From positions 288,001-352,000 of the forward strand of contig JAVJQW010000043.1 of the NCBI GenBank assembly GCA_040218735.1: DNA of 64,000 bases, given 5' to 3'. Shown here in pieces: positions 57,477 through 64,000 of this stretch. The position numbers and the translations under genes were made by a program. Every line of letters begins with the position of its first letter. The first letter of the stretch is position 1. The notes under the pieces are model-generated. The model was given only the letters and a program-made list of their open reading frames with translations. It had not been told where the DNA came from and did no database searches. Source of the DNA: Deltaproteobacteria bacterium. Lineage in GTDB: Bacteria > Myxococcota > Kuafuiibacteriia > Kuafuiibacteriales > Kuafuiibacteriaceae.

Positions 57477-58727
57477 ATGCTGCGCCGACCCTCGTTTCTC
57501 CTCTTCCTCTCCGTCGCGCTCCCCTCCGCCGCCTGTAACGATCCCGTCGAGCAGGTCGTCGTCGCGGAGAACCTCCTCCCCGAGGCCAAGATCCGCGCCC
57601 AGAGCACGGCGGGCGTGCAGGAGCTCGTCCGCTTCGACGGGACCGAGTCCGTGGATCAGGACGGCCGCATCGACCGCTACGCCTGGACGTTCGGCGAGGG
57701 CGCGACCACCGCGTCGACCGCCATCGCGTTCCACCTCTACGACGCCCCCGGCACCTACGAGGTCCGCCTGACCGTCACCGACAACCGCGGAGAGTCCTCG
57801 ACCGCGACGCACGCCGTCACGATCGCGAACCTCCCCTCCAATCAGCCGCCGACGGCGGTGATCACCGCGCCGACCGTCGGGGATCCCGGGCAGCCCGTGT
57901 TGTTCGACGGCCGTATGTCGAGCGACGTCGACGGCTCGATCGAGCGCTACGAGTGGGTGCTCGGCGTCGGCGGCCCCGCCGCGCAGGGCCCGCAGGTCTC
58001 CCACACGTTCGTGATGCCCGGGACCTACGAAGTCACGCTCGCGGTCACCGACGATCGCGGCGCGCGCTCCACGACCACCCACACAATCGAGATCGGCTCG
58101 GCGCCCATGAACCGCGCGCCGGTCGCGAACGCGGGGATGGATCGCAACGTCGGCGTGGGTGAAGCGGTCGACTTCGACGGCAGCATGTCGTTCGACGCCG
58201 ACGGGAGCATCGCGACCTACGACTGGAACTTCGGCGACGGCGCGATGGCGAGCGGCGCGATGGCCACGCACACGTACAACGTGGAGGCGACGTTCCGCGT
58301 CACGCTCACGGTGACGGACGACATGGGCCTGACCGGAACGGACACCGCGACGATCACGGTTGGCAACCAAAACTACGACGGTGAGTACTCGATGGTCGCG
58401 AACCCGAGCGTCGGGGTCTGCCTCGGGATGCAGGCGGTCTTTGCGGCCACGACGATCTCCTTCACGTCGAGTGGCACGATGCTCACGGGGACCATCCCGA
58501 ACCCCGAGAACCCGAACGGCCCCGCGATCGTCCTCACGGGCTCGATCACGGGGCCGAACTTCTCGATCAACGGCTTGTTCACGGACAGCCAGGGCGGTGA
58601 CCACGACATTACGCTGGTCGGGACGTTCTCGGGGACCTCGTACACGGCGACGCAGACGGAGACGATCTCCATCGTCATGGTCCCGCTGTGCACCGTGATG
58701 TGGAACATCTCCGGGGATCGGATCTGA
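57477..58727 (+). CDS. PKD-domain lipoprotein (3 PKD repeats)
   Basis: SAAC lipobox; FDG..S.D.DG.I..Y.W.FG, PGTY.V.L.VTD repeats. Confidence 0.88.
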   Translation: MLRRPSFLLFLSVALPSAACNDPVEQVVVAENLLPEAKIRAQSTAGVQELVRFDGTESVDQDGRIDRYAWTFGEGATTASTAIAFHLYDAPGTYEVRLTVTDNRGESSTATHAVTIANLPSNQPPTAVITAPTVGDPGQPVLFDGRMSSDVDGSIERYEWVLGVGGPAAQGPQVSHTFVMPGTYEVTLAVTDDRGARSTTTHTIEIGSAPMNRAPVANAGMDRNVGVGEAVDFDGSMSFDADGSIATYDWNFGDGAMASGAMATHTYNVEATFRVTLTVTDDMGLTGTDTATITVGNQNYDGEYSMVANPSVGVCLGMQAVFAATTISFTSSGTMLTGTIPNPENPNGPAIVLTGSITGPNFSINGLFTDSQGGDHDITLVGTFSGTSYTATQTETISIVMVPLCTVMWNISGDRI

Positions 58728-59968
58728 TGCGACGCGCGGCAGCGTTCGCGTTGCTCGCGTTCGTCGCGTGCAGCGGGCGCGAGACGATCGTGAATCAGCC
58801 GCCGGTGGCGATCGCGCCCGCGGACGTGGTCACACGTCCGGGCGTGAGCGTCACGCTCGACGGCGGAGCGTCGAAGGACGCGGACGGAGAGATCGTCGAG
58901 TACCGCTGGGACTTCGGCGACGGGGACACCGGCGAGGGGCGCGTCGTCGAGCACGTGTGGCAGACCGCGGGGGTGTTCGCGGTGACCCTCACGGTCGTCG
59001 ACGACCTCGGGGGCGAAGACGTGGACGCGTTGAAGGTCACGACCTCGACCGGCACCAACACGAACCAGATGCCGTCCGCGGTGATCATGGGGCCTGCGCG
59101 CGGGCTCCCCGGCGAGACACTCGCGTTCGACGGTACGTCGAGCAGCGACGCCGACGGCTCGATCGTCGCGTATCGCTGGACCTTCGGGGACGGCGGCACC
59201 GCGGACGCCGCGTCGACGAGTTACGTCTACACCGCCGAGGGGAGCTTCACGGTGACGCTCGAGGTCGAGGACGACGAGGGGGCGCTCGGGCGTGCGTCGC
59301 GGTCGGTGGTCATCGGTCAGAACATGAACAACCGCGCACCGCTCGCGGAGGCGGGCCCGGACCTGATGGCGGCGCTCGGCGAAGAGGTTCGTTTCAATGG
59401 AACGGCGTCGACGGACCCGGACGGCGATCCGATCGTGAGCTACGCGTGGGACTTCGGTGACGGCGCGACGGGGTCGACGCCCGAGAGCGCGCACGTCTAC
59501 ACGGCGCCGGGCACGTACACCGCGACGCTGGTGGTGACGGACGACGGGGGCCTCACCGGGCAGGACACGACGACGGTCACGATCGCGCCGCCGGCGAGCT
59601 ACGACGGGCGGTGGTTGTTGAACCCGAGCATGGGCGCGCAGAACTGCCCGCGTACGCAGATCGTGTTCCCGACGGCGCAGCTCGATCTGACGGGGACGAC
59701 GACGATGATGGCCTCGGCCGACGTCGTGGGGGCGTCCCGGACGATGACCGGAAGCGTGGATCGTGGGGAGAGCCCGCCGCGGGTGATGTTGTCGTGGATG
59801 GGCTCGGAGAGCCACGCGTCGTGCGGGACGGCCACGGTGCGGCACAGCCTGTCGGGGACGTTCACGTCCGAGACGACGCTCGCCGGTACGGTGACGGTGC
59901 TGTACATGTGGACCGACGCGTTCTGCAATTGTTCGCGCGCGTTCGACTTCACCGGAGCCAAGCAATGA
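58727..59968 (+). CDS. PKD-domain lipoprotein (3 PKD repeats), paralog of upstream gene
   Basis: TGATG overlap; FVAC lipobox; WDFGDG repeats; YDG-initiated Cys-containing C-domain. Confidence 0.88.
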   Translation: MRRAAAFALLAFVACSGRETIVNQPPVAIAPADVVTRPGVSVTLDGGASKDADGEIVEYRWDFGDGDTGEGRVVEHVWQTAGVFAVTLTVVDDLGGEDVDALKVTTSTGTNTNQMPSAVIMGPARGLPGETLAFDGTSSSDADGSIVAYRWTFGDGGTADAASTSYVYTAEGSFTVTLEVEDDEGALGRASRSVVIGQNMNNRAPLAEAGPDLMAALGEEVRFNGTASTDPDGDPIVSYAWDFGDGATGSTPESAHVYTAPGTYTATLVVTDDGGLTGQDTTTVTIAPPASYDGRWLLNPSMGAQNCPRTQIVFPTAQLDLTGTTTMMASADVVGASRTMTGSVDRGESPPRVMLSWMGSESHASCGTATVRHSLSGTFTSETTLAGTVTVLYMWTDAFCNCSRAFDFTGAKQ

Positions 59969-60603
59969 ACGACCGCCGTCCGCCCCCCGCCCCCAAACGC
60001 AGCCCCGGCAAGATCATCGCCGCCGTCGTCGCGGTGATCGCCGTGCTGATCGTCCTGAACGTCGGGTTCGGCGTGTTGATGGTGATGATGGCGGACGAGC
60101 AGCCAGCGACCGCGGCGGAGCGGGAGCTGCTGATCGACGTGTCGATGGTGAAGGATGCGCTCGAGTTCTTCGAGCCGGACCCCACGAAGGCGTCGGCGAA
60201 GCGCCTGAAGTACTTCGACGGCTCGCTGGAGCTCGACTACACCTACGACGACCCGCGCGGCTCCGCGCCGTTCCTCACGCATGTCATCAGCTACGAGCGC
60301 AAGTCCTCCGACGCCCTCGCGACCTACGGAACGCAGTGGGGCTCCGCGAAGCTGATGCTCGCCGCCAGCGGCGAAGACATCGACATCGTCGAGCCCGCGG
60401 ACGGCTACCATTGGGGCGAGCAGTCCTCGTTCGGCATCATCACCGCGGGTGGCGATCCGGTCGGCAACGTGTTCGTCGCGCGGAAGGGGAAGATGGTCGT
60501 GTACATCATCTTCTCCGGCGTCTTCTTCGACGACGCGGAGACGTTTGCGTCGACGATCGAGCCGTACCTGGAGAAGGCGGCGGTGTACGGCAGGACGCTG
60601 TAG
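59965..60603 (+). CDS. Hypothetical single-pass membrane protein
   Basis: ATGA overlap; N-terminal TM then globular domain. Confidence 0.7.
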   Translation: MNDRRPPPAPKRSPGKIIAAVVAVIAVLIVLNVGFGVLMVMMADEQPATAAERELLIDVSMVKDALEFFEPDPTKASAKRLKYFDGSLELDYTYDDPRGSAPFLTHVISYERKSSDALATYGTQWGSAKLMLAASGEDIDIVEPADGYHWGEQSSFGIITAGGDPVGNVFVARKGKMVVYIIFSGVFFDDAETFASTIEPYLEKAAVYGRTL

Positions 60604-60611
60604 ACAGCGCC

Positions 60612-61586
60612 TTAGAAGGTCCCGCCGATCCCCACACCGTTCGGCGTGAGCACCGGGCCCCACGTCACCGCGTCGCCCTCCGCCTCTAGGCTGCTCTTCG
60701 GCACCGGGTCCTTCGTCTCGACGAGGACGTGGCCGAGCACGGCGACGAGGGCGCCCACGAGCTGGACGCCGGCGCCGACGTAGCTGAGGACGTTCTTCTC
60801 TTCGCCGAGCGCTTCGAGCTTCGTGGACTCGTAGAGGATCGGTCCGACGACCGGGAAGAGGGAGTAGTAGATGTCCGAGAAGTCGCCGTCGATCAGGACG
60901 ATGACGATGTTCGTGAGGTAGGCGGCGCCGAACGTGCCCCAGCCTCCGAAGATCAGCGCGAGCTCGCCACCGGTAGCCGGGGGCGTGACCATCTCGTCCT
61001 TCACCTCGGCCGGCGGCGGGGGCGGCGGAGGAGGCGGGGGCGGCGGTGCCTCGGCCACCTCCGGCGGAGGGGGAGGCGGGGGCGGCACGAGCACCACGAG
61101 GAGCTCCTTCGCGATCTCCTCGACGGCGCGCATCAGGCCTTCGTCGCTGCCGTCGCTCTTCGCGGACGCGGCGCCCGCGGACGCTTCACTCGCGAGGTCG
61201 AGGACCTCGGTGGTGATGACGAAGTTGCTGCCGAAGCGGTTGAGGCGCGAGCGCAGGATCTTGTCGGCGGCGAGCTCCTTGCCGAGCGGGATCTGACAAG
61301 AGGCGTCGACGCAGGTGCGGTACGACTTCTTCTTCTCCCGCTTCATCAGCTTCTTCAGCTGACGGCGCTGCTCGCTCTTGTCGACGACGCGCACGGAGCC
61401 CTCCTCGGCGAGCTTCACGCGGAGGTAGTCCGTCAGCGCGCGGATGAGCTTCTTCTTCCGTCGCGACGCGTCCTCGATCTCGAACACCGCGACGATGGGC
61501 CCCTCGTTCGCGAACACGTCGGGGAGGTCCGCCGCGAACACCGCGACGGCGAGCAGGAGCGTCGACCAGGCCTTCGGCAACCGCAC
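60612..61586 (-). CDS. Secreted/membrane protein: CsgG/TolB-N-like domain, poly-Pro linker, hydrophobic C-domain
   Basis: Signal peptide; CVDASC..LGKELAAD; P-rich stretch at about 61010-61086; C-terminal GIGGTF. Confidence 0.6.
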   Translation of the reverse strand: MRLPKAWSTLLLAVAVFAADLPDVFANEGPIVAVFEIEDASRRKKKLIRALTDYLRVKLAEEGSVRVVDKSEQRRQLKKLMKREKKKSYRTCVDASCQIPLGKELAADKILRSRLNRFGSNFVITTEVLDLASEASAGAASAKSDGSDEGLMRAVEEIAKELLVVLVPPPPPPPPEVAEAPPPPPPPPPPPPAEVKDEMVTPPATGGELALIFGGWGTFGAAYLTNIVIVLIDGDFSDIYYSLFPVVGPILYESTKLEALGEEKNVLSYVGAGVQLVGALVAVLGHVLVETKDPVPKSSLEAEGDAVTWGPVLTPNGVGIGGTF

Positions 61587-61616
61587 GATCGGGGCCCTCT
61601 TAACACGGATCGGGCG

Positions 61617-64000
61617 TCACAACAGATCGACCGGGTCCACGTCGAACACCAGATCGGCGCCTTTCACCCGATCCGCCGCGCGGTGTTTGATCTGCGTCAT
61701 CACGTGCACCAGGCGGGCGGGCGTCGGCGCGAAGACGAGGACGCGCCAGCGGAAGCGATCGCGGATCTTCTCGATCGGCGAGGGGCCTGGGCCCAGCACC
61801 CGTCCGTCGCCCTGGACCAGCGGCTGCGCGATCTCGGCGACCGTCTCCCCGGCGCGCTCGGCGGCGCTCGCGGTCTTGGCGTCCACGCGCACGAGGCCGA
61901 TGCGCGAGAACGGCGGGTAGCCGAGCCCTTCGCGTTGGCCGCACTCCAACTCGTAGAAGCGGCGCGCGTCGTGATCGATCGCGCAGGTGAGCGCGTAGTG
62001 TTGGGGCTGGAACGTCTGGATGACGACGCGCCCCGGGTGGTCGGCGCGGCCCGCGCGGCCGGAGACCTGGGTGAGGAGCTGGAACGTCCGCTCCGCAGCG
62101 CGGAAGTCGGGCACCGACAGCGACGCGTCCGCCAGCACGATCCCCACCAGCGTCACCTTCGGGAAGTCGTGGCCCTTCGCGACCATCTGCGTGCCGACCA
62201 GGATGTCCGCCTCGTGCGCGCGGAACGCCGCCAGGGTCTTGTCGAGCGCGCCGACCTTGCTGGTGACGTCGCGGTCGAGCCGGAGCACGCGGGCGTCGGG
62301 GATGTCGGCGAGCACCGTGTCGACGAGGCGCTCCGTCCCCGCGCCGTGCGGCTCGACGTCGAGCGCGCCACACTTGGGGCACGGGCGGTCCATGGACTCG
62401 AGGTGGCCGCAATAGTGGCAAGCCAGCTTGCGCTGCCAGCGGTGGTGCGTGAGTGAGACGTCGCAGTGCGAGCAGCGCCGCGCGTCGCCGCACGATCCGC
62501 AGAACACCACGGTGTTGAAGCCGCGACGGTTGAGGAACAGGATCGCCTGCTGCTTCTTGTCGACGACCTCGCGCAACCCATCTTGCAGCGCGCGTGACAT
62601 CAGGTGCACGGCGCCCTTCATCGCGCGCTTCTCCTCGGAGAGATCCACGACCTGAATCGTGGGCATGGGGCGGTCGCCCACGCGTCGCTCCAGCGTGAGC
62701 TGTTCGACCCGACCGCGGTCGACAAGCGCCAACGTCTCCATCGACGGCGTCGCCGTGCCGAGGATCGCTACGCTGTTGGTCTTGCGCGCGAGGAACAGCG
62801 CGAGGTCACGCCCGTGGTAGCGGACCTCGGAGCTCTGTTTGAAGGAGGCGTCGTGCTCCTCGTCGACGACGACGACACCGAGATCCTTCACCGGCGCCCA
62901 CAGCGCGGAGCGAGCGCCGAGCGCGATCGACGCTTTGCCGTCCCTCAACCGACGCCAGCGGTGGCGACGCTCGGCGTCGCGGATCGCGGAGTGCAGCACC
63001 ACGACTTCGTTGCCGAACCGACGCACGAAGCGCGCTTCGAGCTGCGGTGTCAGCGCGATCTCCGGGACGAGCACGATCGCACCGCGCCCGAGCTCCCGCG
63101 CGCGTTGGATCGCGCGCATGTACACCTCGGTCTTGCCGGAGCCGGTGACGCCGAACAGCAGGAATGCGTCGGGCCGCTCCGACTCCAGCGCGCCGACGAT
63201 CGGTTCGAGCACGGCGGTCTGCTCTTCGGTGAGCGGCGGCGGGGTCTCGCGTTGGATCGGCTGCCGCGCCTCCATCGCGCCCTCGTACGCCTCGCGCGAC
63301 ACGACGACTTCACGGACGACGCCACGCTCCAGGAGGACCTTCGCCGCGCGCCGGTAACTCGAAGCCCCCAACCACGACTTCAGCGCCTCGACGTCGACCG
63401 GCCCGTCCTCCAGGCGTTCGTACAACTCCAACCGCGTGCGCGCCCGGGCGAGGTGCTCCCACGCCTCCTTCGTATCCAGCGCGCGCTCCAGCACCGTGAC
63501 GTCACCGCCGCTCTCCTTGGCGCCGACCGTGTCCTTTCGAGCGATGAGCCCCGCCGCGACGAGGTGCTCCGCCGCCTTCGTGGGCGCCGCGCTGACCTTC
63601 ACGCCGCGGCCCTTCGCCGTCTTCTCCAGGAGCGCGAGCTCGCGCGCCGTGATGCGCGGGCCGGTCGACAGGCGCACCTGCTGCTCGTCGAGGAACCGGC
63701 GGCCCTCGGGCGTGGCGACGAGCTTCGCGGACGACGCTGCGGTGAGCCCGGGCGGGAGCGCGGTCTTGAGCACCTCACCGGGGGTCGCGAGGTAGTAGTC
63801 CGCAGTGAACGTCGCGAGCTCGAGCAGTGTCTTCGGGACGAGCGGCTCGACGTCGAGGCGTTCGAGGATTCGTTTGAGCTTCACCGGGTCGACGTCGTCG
63901 GGCGGCTCGACGTCCGCGCCCACGACGAACCCCGTCACGCGCCGCGACCCGAACGGCACCAGCACGCGATGCCCGATCGCCAACTTCATCCCGCTCGGGA
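61617..64000 (-). CDS. priA: Primosomal protein N' (replication restart helicase); 5' end probably outside the window
   Basis: GHRVLVPFG, GVTGSGKTEVY, VPEIALTPQ, DEEH, LNRRG, four CxxC pairs, GTQMVAKGHDF, QVSGRAGR. Confidence 0.96.
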   Translation of the reverse strand, partial: PSGMKLAIGHRVLVPFGSRRVTGFVVGADVEPPDDVDPVKLKRILERLDVEPLVPKTLLELATFTADYYLATPGEVLKTALPPGLTAASSAKLVATPEGRRFLDEQQVRLSTGPRITARELALLEKTAKGRGVKVSAAPTKAAEHLVAAGLIARKDTVGAKESGGDVTVLERALDTKEAWEHLARARTRLELYERLEDGPVDVEALKSWLGASSYRRAAKVLLERGVVREVVVSREAYEGAMEARQPIQRETPPPLTEEQTAVLEPIVGALESERPDAFLLFGVTGSGKTEVYMRAIQRARELGRGAIVLVPEIALTPQLEARFVRRFGNEVVVLHSAIRDAERRHRWRRLRDGKASIALGARSALWAPVKDLGVVVVDEEHDASFKQSSEVRYHGRDLALFLARKTNSVAILGTATPSMETLALVDRGRVEQLTLERRVGDRPMPTIQVVDLSEEKRAMKGAVHLMSRALQDGLREVVDKKQQAILFLNRRGFNTVVFCGSCGDARRCSHCDVSLTHHRWQRKLACHYCGHLESMDRPCPKCGALDVEPHGAGTERLVDTVLADIPDARVLRLDRDVTSKVGALDKTLAAFRAHEADILVGTQMVAKGHDFPKVTLVGIVLADASLSVPDFRAAERTFQLLTQVSGRAGRADHPGRVVIQTFQPQHYALTCAIDHDARRFYELECGQREGLGYPPFSRIGLVRVDAKTASAAERAGETVAEIAQPLVQGDGRVLGPGPSPIEKIRDRFRWRVLVFAPTPARLVHVMTQIKHRAADRVKGADLVFDVDPVDLL

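Noticed and set aside
61010-61086. GGC/GGG-rich microsatellite-like tract
   Set aside because: Encodes a poly-proline linker with varied codons; not a phase-variable tract
1-64000. CRISPR arrays, tRNA/rRNA, IS elements, prophage or defence genes
   Set aside because: None recognised by eye; intergenic gaps are short and all repeats found are coding or short regulatory dyads

Overview
GC-rich bacterial chromosomal window, densely coding (about 51 genes). PEGA, PKD, putative-Ig, DAG-linker lipoproteins, a Myxococcus-type Cys-rich repeat and an FHA-sigma54 activator suggest a Myxococcota-like deltaproteobacterium (inference). I saw no rRNA, tRNA, CRISPR array, integrase or transposase. Highlights: (1) a tightly coupled 12-gene lipid operon (12360-24048) joining a dedicated type II FAS module (KS, ACP, two CrtI/phytoene-desaturase-like flavoproteins, FabG, FabZ, FabI, PPTase) to a complete oleABCD olefin pathway; (2) a compact desaturase + HHxxxD acyltransferase + GH3 adenylase cluster with a divergent hydrolase (47649-51850); (3) a sigma54 -24/-12 promoter with two tandem palindromic enhancer-like sites upstream of an acidic, Cys-free Gly/Ala/Asp/Ser protein and a coupled partner (56008-57432); (4) recurrent leaderless-type starts (TAnnnT + 5-6 nt + start codon). 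Many long ORFs in the supplied track are antisense shadows, and several start codons were moved to more plausible positions. All product calls come from motif recognition by eye, not from database searches.
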